Part shown: positions 41,252 to 52,894 of the stretch, one piece after another | How positions within the stretch are numbered: the stretch's first letter is position 1 | Layout of the letters: each line of letters begins with the position of its first letter | Source: Candidatus Poribacteria bacterium | Lineage (GTDB): Bacteria; Poribacteria; WGA-4E; JAJDTR01 | Reading direction: 5' to 3' | Assembly: GCA_965222225.1 (NCBI GenBank) | Contig: CBDCTK010000002.1 | Span: forward strand, 4,384,001-4,448,000 | DNA length: 64,000 bases | Made by a program: the position numbers and the translations under genes | The notes under the pieces: generated by a model | Database searches by the model: none | Seen by the model: the letters and a program-made list of their open reading frames with translations, nothing else | Told to the model about the DNA's origin: nothing

Positions 41252-43369
41252 ATGAACAAACCTCTAAAAGGTTTCATCACCTATTCGCATAAAGACGAAC
41301 AGAAAAGGAAAAAATTGCGGACGTGTCTTGCTGTAATGGAGCGGGCAGGCGAGGTGACAATTCGCGACGATAGTGACATCAACCCGGGCGGCAAAGCGCG
41401 TCAGGAAGACATTCTTAAAGAAGTTGCTGATTCGGATATTCTGCTTTATCTCGTTTCTACTGATAGCCTTGCATCTGGAAACTGTAACAGAGAGTTGACC
41501 GAGGCAGTGAGAGCCAACAGACGTGTTATCCCCATCATCCTTGAGAGTTGTGATTGGCTGAATGACCGACTCCACGGCTTCGGAGCTCTTCCGGACAAAG
41601 GCAAAGCCATAAACAAATGGAAACCTCAGAGTGATGGATGGCAGAATGTAGTGGATGGTATTCGAGAAGTTATTGAAGAAATGCAAGCTCAAGCGGATAC
41701 ATCATCCGGGACATCTGAAGAAGAACTACAGGCTAAATTGGCACTCAGATACGGTAACGACTTAATGATGATTGGACAAACCGACAGAGCAATAGAAAGC
41801 TATTCGCACGCAATTGAAATTGACCGAAATTATGCCGAGGCTTATAACAATCGCGGGGTTGCATACCAGAAAAAGGGCGACTTTAACCGCGCCATTACAG
41901 ATTTTACCAAAGTGATAGAGCTTAAACCCAATGATGCCGTAGCCTATACCAATCGCGGGGGCATTTATGGGGACACAGGTGATTATGACCGTGCCATCGC
42001 AGATGTTAATACCGCAATAAAACTCAAACCCAATTATGCCGGAGCGTATAATAATCGCGGGTTAGTTTATAATAATAAAGGAGATTTTAACCGTGCCATT
42101 GAGGATTATACGACGGCGATACAACTCGACCCGCATCATGCAATAGCCTATTGTAATCGTGGCATAGCTTACAACAGCAAAAATGAGTATGACCACGCCA
42201 TCAAAGACTTTAACGTGGCCATAGAACTCAAGCCAAACCTTGCCAACGCCTATTGCAATCGTGGCGGTGCTCACATTCATAAGGGGGATTATAACCGCGC
42301 CGTCGGCGACTTGGACACAGCAATAGACCTGAACCCCAATCTTGCAGAAGCCTATGCGGATCGTGGCGGTGCATACATTCATAAAGGGGATTATGACCGC
42401 GCCATCGCTGACCTGAACACGGCGATAGACTTGAAACCCGATAACACCGAAGCCTTTACCAATCGAGGCCTAGCCTTAATTCATGCAGGGGATTATGACT
42501 GTGCCATCGGCGACTTGAACACGGCAATAGGCTTGAAACCAGATCATGCCAGTGCTTATAACAATCGTGGACTAGCTTACGTTCATAAAGGCAATTTGAA
42601 CCGCGCCATCGTGGATTTTAACGTGGCGATAGACCTGAAATCTGATTTTGGCGAAGCCTATAACAATCGTGGAAGTGCTTACATTCATGAAGGGGATTAT
42701 GACCGCGCCGTCGACGACTTCAATGCGGCGATAGACCTGAAATCTAATGATGCCGGAGCCTATACTAATCGTGGTATTGCACAGGCCAAAAAAGGGAATC
42801 TTAATCTAGCCATTGGAGATTTTAATACAGCGATACAACTCAATCCCAATGATGCCATGGCCTATTCTAATCGCGGACAGACCTACAGTGATATAGGTGA
42901 TTATGATCGTGCTATCATAGACTTTGGCGCAGCGATACAATTGGACCCCCACAATGCCATCACCTACTACAATTGTGGTATCGCTTATAACAACAACGGA
43001 GAATACGAACACGCCATCGCAAACTTTGACATGGCCGTAAAGCGGAATCCCAATTTTGCAAACGCCTATCATCTTCGGGGTATTGCCTACAGAAACCAAA
43101 GGAAATTTAGCCCTGCCATAGCAGACTTCAGCAATGCGATTCAACTCAATCCGAATTTGCCGGGAGCCTATTGTAATCGCGGCGAGGCGCGGTTGCACCT
43201 ACGTGAATGGGAGAAAGCGAAATCAGACTTAATGGTTGCAAAGGATAAAGGCGTAGATATCATTGCTCCCTTTCGTATTTGCTACAAAGGCGTTGAGGAT
43301 TTTGAGCAGAAGAATAACGTGAAATTACCGGAAGACATTGTTGCGATGCTTACGCCACCGGCAGGTTGA
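41252..43369 (+). CDS. TIR domain plus TPR repeat protein
   Basis: N-terminal FITYSHKD...LYLVSTDSLASGNCNREL...VIPIIL (TIR_2) followed by about 15 regular AYNNRG TPR units. Confidence 0.9.
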   Translation: MNKPLKGFITYSHKDEQKRKKLRTCLAVMERAGEVTIRDDSDINPGGKARQEDILKEVADSDILLYLVSTDSLASGNCNRELTEAVRANRRVIPIILESCDWLNDRLHGFGALPDKGKAINKWKPQSDGWQNVVDGIREVIEEMQAQADTSSGTSEEELQAKLALRYGNDLMMIGQTDRAIESYSHAIEIDRNYAEAYNNRGVAYQKKGDFNRAITDFTKVIELKPNDAVAYTNRGGIYGDTGDYDRAIADVNTAIKLKPNYAGAYNNRGLVYNNKGDFNRAIEDYTTAIQLDPHHAIAYCNRGIAYNSKNEYDHAIKDFNVAIELKPNLANAYCNRGGAHIHKGDYNRAVGDLDTAIDLNPNLAEAYADRGGAYIHKGDYDRAIADLNTAIDLKPDNTEAFTNRGLALIHAGDYDCAIGDLNTAIGLKPDHASAYNNRGLAYVHKGNLNRAIVDFNVAIDLKSDFGEAYNNRGSAYIHEGDYDRAVDDFNAAIDLKSNDAGAYTNRGIAQAKKGNLNLAIGDFNTAIQLNPNDAMAYSNRGQTYSDIGDYDRAIIDFGAAIQLDPHNAITYYNCGIAYNNNGEYEHAIANFDMAVKRNPNFANAYHLRGIAYRNQRKFSPAIADFSNAIQLNPNLPGAYCNRGEARLHLREWEKAKSDLMVAKDKGVDIIAPFRICYKGVEDFEQKNNVKLPEDIVAMLTPPAG

Positions 43370-43473
43370 GATTTGACAGACCGTTGCGCCTCCGAGGTAA
43401 TTGTGGAGGAAGGGATGGAAAACTGTCCGAATCACGGATTAAACAGAATACGCAGATTAGTGAATTTTTATCG

Positions 43474-43576
43474 ATCAACTGGGCGGATAGATCGAACGAG
43501 CGATTAGCGAGTGATCAACTGAGCGATTAATGAAGGCGATAGAGATCCCATAGAGATCTTAAGGCGATAATTCCCC
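43474..43576 (-). repeat. Three-level nested 36-bp units (reverse)
   Basis: Minus strand: GGGAATTATCGCCTT[AAGATCTCTAT[GGGATCTCTATCGCCTTCATTAATCGCTCAGTTGAT]CACTCGCTAATCGCTCGTTCGAT]CTATCCGCCCAGTTGAT. Confidence 0.8.
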
Positions 43577-44248
43577 CATAGCGCCTTCCGTTCGACAGTG
43601 TTTATCCCGCGCCCTTCCAAATCTGATTGTTGACAAAAAGGCATTATTTCGTCAAATTTCGTCAAGTTGTGTCGTGTTTTGTCACGTAACCTTCGTTAGA
43701 AGCATTCACTTGAATCCGAGTTTCTACTTCAAAACCCGCGATCTTTATCGCAAAATCTTTTCGAGTGCACACCGCCGCCAAGCGGCAGAATAAATCCACG
43801 GAGCGAATAGATTAGCCACTTGACCTATTCAATCGTTCGATCGGTCATTTTCCATACATACCGAGTCGTCTCGACATGTATCGCGGCGAAAACTCTCGGA
43901 ATGGAGATGGGTTCAATTTGGCAAATGTCAACACGCTCTAGTACCCTTGAACCGGCTAGGGGATCGATCCGGTTTCAGAGTGTTGTTCCGAGGTCCATGC
44001 ACTGCATACCGCCGAGAAACTAGTCCTGGAACGGGTTCTCCCTGTTTCCTGTGACGCTTCGTTTCTCGCGTCTACTCTGAAAACTCTGAAAATCACATGA
44101 CCGCAGCCGCGTTAGATGAAGTGTCAGATTGAGTAAACCGCGGACGAGCCCTCACATCAGGCACACTTGCAGTAGGGTGGGCACTGCCCACCATCAGCAA
44201 ACGCCCAATGGCTGCTCAAATTAACGACATCCCATAAAGGAAAAAAAC

Positions 44249-47200
44249 ATGACAGAAAACCCCTCACTATTCCCGTCCGGCATCCGGGACAACCGCGAGC
44301 GGGGGACGGTCGGCAAGTTCCTTGAATCGCAGATTGAGAACGGGTCGTCGCTTTCGGTTGTCTCGGCGTACTTTACAATCTACGCTTTCGAGGCGTTGAA
44401 ATCGTCCTTACTTGGAATCAGTGACCTTCGCTTTCTGTTCGGCGAACCCCGATTCATCAAAAAGCTTGACCCCGACAAAACGGAAAAGAAATCCTTCGTC
44501 ATAGATAGCGACGGTTTGCAGTTGGAGAACCAGCTCCAACTCAAGCGTGTGGCACGGGAATGCGCCGAGTGGATTCAGGAGAAGGTGGAGATTCGGTCAA
44601 TCCGTGAATCAAATATGCTGCACGGGAAGATGTACCATATCGCCAAGAACGGCGTGGAAAACGCCATCCTCGGCAGCTCGAATTTTACCGTTCGCGGCTT
44701 GGGATTGAGTGAGTCAGGCAGCAATATTGAACTGAATCTGAAGGTGGCGGACGACCGCGACCGGAGCGATCTGAAGTTGTGGTTTGATGAACTGTGGAAT
44801 GATAAGAAACGGGTCGAGGATGTTAAGGAGGAGGTGTTGTCCTACCTTAACCAACTCTATGAGAATTACGCGCCGGAGTTTGTCTACTACAAGACGCTCT
44901 TTCATATTTTTGAGCGATTCTTGAGCGATCAGGAGGGACGGGGATTGCTGGACGAACCGGCGCAACTGGTCGATACGCAGATTTGGAAAGCGCTCTATGA
45001 ATTTCAGAAGGATGGCGTGAAGGGGGCAATCAACAAAATCTTGACGCATAACGGGTGTATCATCGCGGACAGTGTGGGCTTGGGCAAAACGTACGAGGCA
45101 TTGGCGGTGATAAAATACTTTGAACTGCGTAACGACAACGTGCTGGTGCTGTGTCCGAAGAAGCTGCGTGAGAATTGGACGCTCTACCAAGCATACACGG
45201 GAAACAAACTCAATCCGTTCCCCAATGACCGATTCGGTTACACCGTGCTGTCGCATACCGACCTGAGCCGGGAGGGAGGCAAGTCGGGGGATATCGACCT
45301 TTCGTCGTTCAACTGGGCCAACTACGGTCTGGTGGTTATAGATGAGTCGCACAATTTCCGAAACAACACGCCTGGAAAAAAAGATCGGGACGGCAACCTG
45401 ATACGCTTGAGCCGCTACAAGCGGCTGATGGAGGACATTGTCAAGAGCGGGGTAAAGACCAAGATGCTGTTGCTGTCGGCGACGCCGGTGAACAACGACC
45501 TACGAGATTTGCGGAACCAACTCTATTTTCTTACAGAGGAACGCGACGACGCTTTCAAGGACTCACTCGGTGTCGCCAACCTGAGAGAGACTATCACAGC
45601 CGCCCAAACGGCGTTCAACAAGTGGGCGAAAGAGGACGGTGCGCGTAACAGTCAGAAGTTGCTGGAGGAACTGAGTACTGCCTTCTTCAAGTTGCTTGAC
45701 GGGTTGACGATTGCCCGTTCGCGGAAGCAGATTCAGAAGTATTATCCCAAGTCGCTGAGAGAACTTGGCGGCTTCCCGGAACGCAGTAAGCCAGTTTCGC
45801 TTTCTCCGCCTATTGATACACTCGGGGAGTTCATGTCTTACGACAAACTTAACGAGGAGATTTCCGAGTATCAACTCTCCTTGTACAATCCTACCAAATA
45901 TCTCCGACCCGAATACCAGTGCGAATATGACCTAGAGCCCGTCAGAAACTTTACGCAGAGCGACCGCGAGCACTTTCTAATCGGCATGATGAGGGTAAAC
46001 TTCCTCAAACGCTTGGAAAGCTCCGTTCGCTCCTTTAGGATTACGTTGAAGCGTACGCTTGATAAGATTGAGGAGTTGGAGGCGCGTATCCGACGGTTTC
46101 AGGAGTATCGCGCCGGAAATCCCGACCTGGATCCGGCGGAGATGGAGATTGACGCCGATGATGACGAAGAACTACAGGCGGCGTTCGAGGTGGGCAAGAG
46201 CCTAGTGTTCAAGATGGCGCACCTTGATGTTGAGCGGTGGTTAGAGGATTTGAAACAGGACAGGGAGCAACTTGAGGGGCCGTACCGCTCGGCAGAGAAA
46301 GTCAGCCCTGTCCGCGATGCCAAACTGGCGAAACTCAAGGAACTAATTGAGGCTAAGGTTAAGCACCCGACAATCACCAAGAATGGGAATCCCAATCGGA
46401 AGGTACTGGTGTTCACGGCTTTTGCGGATACCGCCGACTACCTCTACGGGGAGTTACATGAATGGGCACAGGCAGAATTGGGCATCCGCACCGGGATGGT
46501 GACGGGGGGCGCCATGCCCAACAGAACCACGCTTGGCAAGACCAACTTCATCGACATTCTCACCAATTTCTCGCCCATTGCAAAGAACCGCGCGCACGAC
46601 GATTCCATGCCCCAAGAAGCCGAGATTGACCTGCTCATCGGCACGGATTGTATCTCGGAAGGACAGAACCTGCAAGACTGCGATTACCTGATTAACTACG
46701 ACATTCATTGGAATCCGGTACGCATCATCCAGCGGTTCGGGCGGATTGACCGTATCGGGAGCGTCAATAAGAGCGTACACTTGGTAAACTTCTGGCCCAC
46801 TCCCGACTTAAACCGTTACATCAACCTGAAAAATCGGGTTGAAGCGCGGATGGCGTTGGTGGATGTCACGGCTACGCAGGGAGACAACTTGCTCGATCCG
46901 GACGCACTTCCCGACGTGATTGCGGGTGACCTCAAGTACCGCGACCAGCAACTCCTAAAACTTCAGGAGGAAATCCTTGACCTTGAAGAGTTTAACGAAA
47001 GCGTTGCCCTCAACGAGTTCACGCTGGACGATTTCCGCATGGAACTAATCAAGTATATTGAAAGTAACAGGAAGAAACTTGAAGAGGCACCCTTCGGACT
47101 TTACGCGGTTGTGCCGCCGCTTGCGGGAGATCCAATAATTCAACCCGGCGTCATCTTCTGCCTGCGACAGAAAACGGAATCGGAGGAGAACGAAAAGTTG

Positions 47201-47653
47201 AATCCTACCCAACCCTATTTCCTCGTCTATGTTCGGGAGGATGGCGTCGTGCGGTTTACCTTTGCGCAGCCGAAGCAGATTCTTGAGATGTACCGGCAAC
47301 TGTGTGCGACGAAAACTAGCCCGTATGACGAGTTGTGTGCGTTGTTCGACGAGCATACGGAGGACGGCGGCGACATGTCGCAATACGACAAACTACTCCG
47401 GGAAGCCGTGAGGTCCATTTCTTATACGTACGAGAAACGCGCCTTCAGCAGTCTGCGATCCGGTCGCGGTGGGGTTTTGCCACTCGAGTCAGAGCAGGTT
47501 GGCGACACGACGGACTTTGAGTTGGTGACGTGGTTGGTGATTAAGGACGGATCGTCTCCCACAAAGCTGAATGAGCTTCTGGATCAAGTGACAGAATACA
47601 AGATTCATGGTGAAGTAGACACCGGATCTCCGGTGGGGCGTGAAGAATGGTAA
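44249..47653 (+). CDS. PLD-nuclease plus SNF2-type helicase (R-M-associated) with a MazE-like C-terminal tail
   Basis: LHGKMY...GSSNFT (PLD), IADSVGLGKT, DESH, LLSATP, SEGQNLQ, QRFGRIDRIG; tail LNELLDQVTEYKIHGEVDTGSPVGREEW. Confidence 0.9.
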   Translation: MTENPSLFPSGIRDNRERGTVGKFLESQIENGSSLSVVSAYFTIYAFEALKSSLLGISDLRFLFGEPRFIKKLDPDKTEKKSFVIDSDGLQLENQLQLKRVARECAEWIQEKVEIRSIRESNMLHGKMYHIAKNGVENAILGSSNFTVRGLGLSESGSNIELNLKVADDRDRSDLKLWFDELWNDKKRVEDVKEEVLSYLNQLYENYAPEFVYYKTLFHIFERFLSDQEGRGLLDEPAQLVDTQIWKALYEFQKDGVKGAINKILTHNGCIIADSVGLGKTYEALAVIKYFELRNDNVLVLCPKKLRENWTLYQAYTGNKLNPFPNDRFGYTVLSHTDLSREGGKSGDIDLSSFNWANYGLVVIDESHNFRNNTPGKKDRDGNLIRLSRYKRLMEDIVKSGVKTKMLLLSATPVNNDLRDLRNQLYFLTEERDDAFKDSLGVANLRETITAAQTAFNKWAKEDGARNSQKLLEELSTAFFKLLDGLTIARSRKQIQKYYPKSLRELGGFPERSKPVSLSPPIDTLGEFMSYDKLNEEISEYQLSLYNPTKYLRPEYQCEYDLEPVRNFTQSDREHFLIGMMRVNFLKRLESSVRSFRITLKRTLDKIEELEARIRRFQEYRAGNPDLDPAEMEIDADDDEELQAAFEVGKSLVFKMAHLDVERWLEDLKQDREQLEGPYRSAEKVSPVRDAKLAKLKELIEAKVKHPTITKNGNPNRKVLVFTAFADTADYLYGELHEWAQAELGIRTGMVTGGAMPNRTTLGKTNFIDILTNFSPIAKNRAHDDSMPQEAEIDLLIGTDCISEGQNLQDCDYLINYDIHWNPVRIIQRFGRIDRIGSVNKSVHLVNFWPTPDLNRYINLKNRVEARMALVDVTATQGDNLLDPDALPDVIAGDLKYRDQQLLKLQEEILDLEEFNESVALNEFTLDDFRMELIKYIESNRKKLEEAPFGLYAVVPPLAGDPIIQPGVIFCLRQKTESEENEKLNPTQPYFLVYVREDGVVRFTFAQPKQILEMYRQLCATKTSPYDELCALFDEHTEDGGDMSQYDKLLREAVRSISYTYEKRAFSSLRSGRGGVLPLESEQVGDTTDFELVTWLVIKDGSSPTKLNELLDQVTEYKIHGEVDTGSPVGREEW

Positions 47654-48006
47654 GACTGACCAACTACGTTCCACGACGCGGTGATGCGGTGTGGGTTGAC
47701 TTTAATCCTCAAGCTGGGCATGAGCAAGCGGGTCGTCGTCCTGCCGTAGTTCTTTCACCAGAGTCTTATAACGGAACTGTAGGTTTAGCAATTTTGTGCC
47801 CAATTACCAACAAAGTGAAGGGGTATCCCTTTGAGGTGGCTATCCCTCCCGGACTGGAGGTAACAGGCGTAATTCTTGCGGATCAACTCAAGAGCGCAGA
47901 TTGGCAAGTAAGAAATTCCGAGTTGATTTGTTCCTTGCCCATGAACACAGTGGACACGGTTTTGCAGAAAGTCCAAACGCTCTTGGGAAAAGATGATAAA
48001 CCATGA
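47647..48006 (+). CDS. mazF: MazF/PemK endoribonuclease toxin
   Basis: YVPRRGDAVWVDFNPQAGHEQAGRRPAVVLSP..YN...CPIT..KGYPFEV..GVILADQLKS.DW. Confidence 0.95.
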   Translation: MVRLTNYVPRRGDAVWVDFNPQAGHEQAGRRPAVVLSPESYNGTVGLAILCPITNKVKGYPFEVAIPPGLEVTGVILADQLKSADWQVRNSELICSLPMNTVDTVLQKVQTLLGKDDKP

Positions 48007-48177
48007 TTGAATCCAAGTGGAACACTTGTCAATTCACGATGGTTTTTTGTCCTTTAAAACCAAACAAATCAGCAACTCAACATATCTTGGACAGATTGCA
48101 TGGGTGGTGATTAACCAGCGGTGCAGTGAGCGAAAGGGTGTACTGAACTTGGTGCTTTTTGATGGAGAGAATCTCGT

Positions 48178-49188
48178 ATGGCTCTTAAACGAAATGACAG
48201 ACTGAAATGGAATAGCCGATCGATATTGGAAGGTAACGGGCAGATAGGCGATCTTAGGCAGGAGATACCTCAATTTGCGGAAGCTCCGTTCAGCGTAGAA
48301 GACAGAGGGGAGAATAAATATCTAAGACTCATAGTAAGGGAACCTCTCAAGGAAGGTCAAGGATTCCTTTTCCCAAGCAACAACCAAGAGGAGTTGCAGA
48401 TTCCCGTTGCCACCGTCTCAAAACGGTACAAGCTAGTTCAACATCGTCATATAGTAATGTCATTAGAAATGGCGCTGAAAAGAGTTGGTCTGAACCCAGA
48501 ACGTCTTGAAGTCGGATTAACCCTGACAGAGTATGGCGAATGCATGCAGATTAGCTTCTTTATGCCCAACGATTCTCCGTACGCCTTTAATCTCGGCAAT
48601 GAAGACCATGTTTTACAAGTGAATGCATTGAATTCTGTGGATAAAACGACGAAACTGGAGATTAACCTAAGGTGGTATAGTCTTAATTCCCAAACCGGAA
48701 TGTTGGCGCGTCGGGATGCGAGATTGAAAAAAATTCACCTGAAATCGTCGAAATCACTTGAATCTGTCATTAAAGGATTCTTAGAAGAGCAACTTGCTCA
48801 AGCATCAGAGGACATACAACGATTCAGAGAGTGGTATCAAATCAAGGTTTCTTTCGAGCAGTTATCCCATGCGAAGCCTAGTCCAAGCCAAATTGAACAT
48901 TGGATAAAGCGATTCGTCGCTAGGAGATGGGGAGAACATTCAGCCAAAAGAGTGTACCGCATTGCAAGAGAAGGGATGGACCTCCCCAGTCCTCATGAAT
49001 CCCAATACACCAATCCAGTTCTTAGCTCTTTCGCTCCCGTGCGCAATGCCTACGATATCAGTCAAGTGTTAAGTTGGATTGCCAGCCAAGAAGGAACAAT
49101 ACAGAATCAACATGCCCGACGGATGGATATACCAGATTTGATGGAGGCCCTCATTAAAACACAAAAGCCGCTAACGCTGAGCGTGTAA
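48178..49188 (+). CDS. DUF932/DUF945-like protein (mobile-element associated)
   Basis: VATVSKRYKLVQH, TEYGECM, LNSVD motifs. Confidence 0.6.
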   Translation: MALKRNDRLKWNSRSILEGNGQIGDLRQEIPQFAEAPFSVEDRGENKYLRLIVREPLKEGQGFLFPSNNQEELQIPVATVSKRYKLVQHRHIVMSLEMALKRVGLNPERLEVGLTLTEYGECMQISFFMPNDSPYAFNLGNEDHVLQVNALNSVDKTTKLEINLRWYSLNSQTGMLARRDARLKKIHLKSSKSLESVIKGFLEEQLAQASEDIQRFREWYQIKVSFEQLSHAKPSPSQIEHWIKRFVARRWGEHSAKRVYRIAREGMDLPSPHESQYTNPVLSSFAPVRNAYDISQVLSWIASQEGTIQNQHARRMDIPDLMEALIKTQKPLTLSV

Positions 49189-49291
49189 TACCATTTCTCT
49201 AAAATGACAATGCATCAATGGCGTGAATTAAAGTCGCGATTCGGAGATCGCTCCTATTGGGACCGCTGGATTACCACGTATTTGATGTAAA

Positions 49292-50281
49292 TCAAAACTC
49301 CATTAGCGTTGCGTCGTTGTTGAGGTAGGCTTGGATCCATGGGCGTACTCGCTCGCGCATGCTACCGGCGTCATGTAGATGCAACCAAAGCGTCATGCCG
49401 CGGAGGAAGGCAAGTTTGAGATGAGCGGTCAGTGAATTTCGCTCGGATTTCGTGAGGGGACAGACCGCTTCGTAGGCATCAAGAAAAACGGATTTCTGGT
49501 GGGGCGCTAGGGGCGTGTTTTGGTAGACGGCGGGGAAAAAGACCAGGGCATACGCGAGATCGAAGGTGCGATTGGCGGGTCGTGCGGTGTCGAGATCCAA
49601 GATAGCTTTCACCTTTCCTTCGGCATGAAATTTCAGGTTCTGTGCGCGGTAATCGCCGTGGATAATCCAATCTCCCTCGTCCGGCACGGGAAGTTCCGCA
49701 GCTAATCTCTCCACTTCGGTCTTCCACTCAGCAATCTGACTCTCCGATACCGGATAGCCTGCGGTTTGCGAGGCAGCGGTTCGTATTCGCTCAAGCCGTA
49801 GGCGCAACAGGTTGATGACTTCGTCGTGCATTGGCACCCACTTGAAGTCAACTGAGGGCAGAAAGCCGCGCAATTCATCGTGAATTCGGCACAAGATGTC
49901 GCCCGCAGATTGCAGCGCTCCCGTAGGTTTCGCAGTGTCGTAATTGTACCCATCCACAAATTCGGAAATCGCGTAGATTTCACTTCCTTCATTCGTTAGT
50001 GTGTCGCTGTCACGGTTTCGGAGGAGGCGAGGGATGGGGAAACCCCGATCCCAAAGATAATCCTGTGCCGCATGGGTGAAGGCGATGCGAGGGCGGTGCG
50101 TAGATGGGTTGAGGTTAAGGTCAGACGCAGGCTTATAGCGTTTTAGAAACAATTTACCCCGATCCGTATTGAGTGCCATGGTGGAACTCATGGCGCCTGT
50201 GCCTACCGGGATAGCCGTGGCAACTTTCAGTCGGTAGTTCTGGTGGATACTTGCCTCTTCGTGAGGCAAAAGGGGTTCCAT
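49292..50281 (-). CDS. Phosphotransferase (APH / type II homoserine kinase-like)
   Basis: FLKRY, IIHGDYRAQNL, ILDLD. Confidence 0.85.
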   Translation of the reverse strand: MEPLLPHEEASIHQNYRLKVATAIPVGTGAMSSTMALNTDRGKLFLKRYKPASDLNLNPSTHRPRIAFTHAAQDYLWDRGFPIPRLLRNRDSDTLTNEGSEIYAISEFVDGYNYDTAKPTGALQSAGDILCRIHDELRGFLPSVDFKWVPMHDEVINLLRLRLERIRTAASQTAGYPVSESQIAEWKTEVERLAAELPVPDEGDWIIHGDYRAQNLKFHAEGKVKAILDLDTARPANRTFDLAYALVFFPAVYQNTPLAPHQKSVFLDAYEAVCPLTKSERNSLTAHLKLAFLRGMTLWLHLHDAGSMRERVRPWIQAYLNNDATLMEF

Positions 50282-50535
50282 TTGCTGGTGTGTTTACTTT
50301 AATTTCTTGTCCTCGACTAGGGTTGTTTCTCTTAGGATATTTTCAGTCGTGCCGAGTTCGTTGTCAAGTCTTATTCGGGATTATCTTCGATTTTATGATT
50401 GAAGATTTCATCCTACGAGGGTGTGGAGGGAAGAAACCGAGTTTTGAGGAAAAACTCGGTTTCAACCCGAGAAGGAAAATCGGTGATTTGATGATTTCAG
50501 ATTGTGCTATCTCGCGCTCGGAGTTTAGTTTCACT

Positions 50536-50599
50536 GGAATCTCTATCGCACAGGATTTTCTTTCGGAACTCTATCGCCCTCGCTATCCACTTGGTTGAT
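50536..50599 (+). repeat. Nested/decayed 36-bp units inside a REP ending CCTACA
   Basis: GGAATCTCTATCGCAC..GGATTTTCTTT..CGGAACTCTATCGCCCTCGCTATCCACTTGGTTGAT. Confidence 0.75.
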
Positions 50600-50725
50600 C
50601 CTACAAAATCTGTTGCCTCATGATAAATCTTTGGTGTATGATGTGGAAAAAGACCTAGCTGTCGTTGGCGCTAGATTTGGAGTTGCGCGATTCAGGCTTC
50701 ACATTGTAACGTTAGATTTCCGTAG

Positions 50726-52747
<2,022 letters not shown>

Positions 52748-52827
52748 ATCATGTAAGGCTGCCACCGTAACCTTTACGCACTTCCAGCCTATTCGATCTC
52801 TCATTTCCTCATTCCACTCGAATCGGA

Positions 52828-52856
52828 TTGATACATTGACGCCAAGTTGTTATAAT
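52828..52856 (+). promoter_or_regulatory. sigma70-type promoter
   Basis: TTGATA-17 bp-TATAAT with TGn extension. Confidence 0.65.
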
Positions 52857-52894
52857 GCAATCGCGTCAAAATGATACGCGAAAGGAGTCAAATT

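Noticed and set aside
41800-43200. Strong 102-bp periodicity
   Set aside because: Explained by 34-aa TPR coding repeats.
43738-43840. Additional decayed 36-bp halves (also near 53700)
   Set aside because: Too degenerate to call with confidence; not counted.
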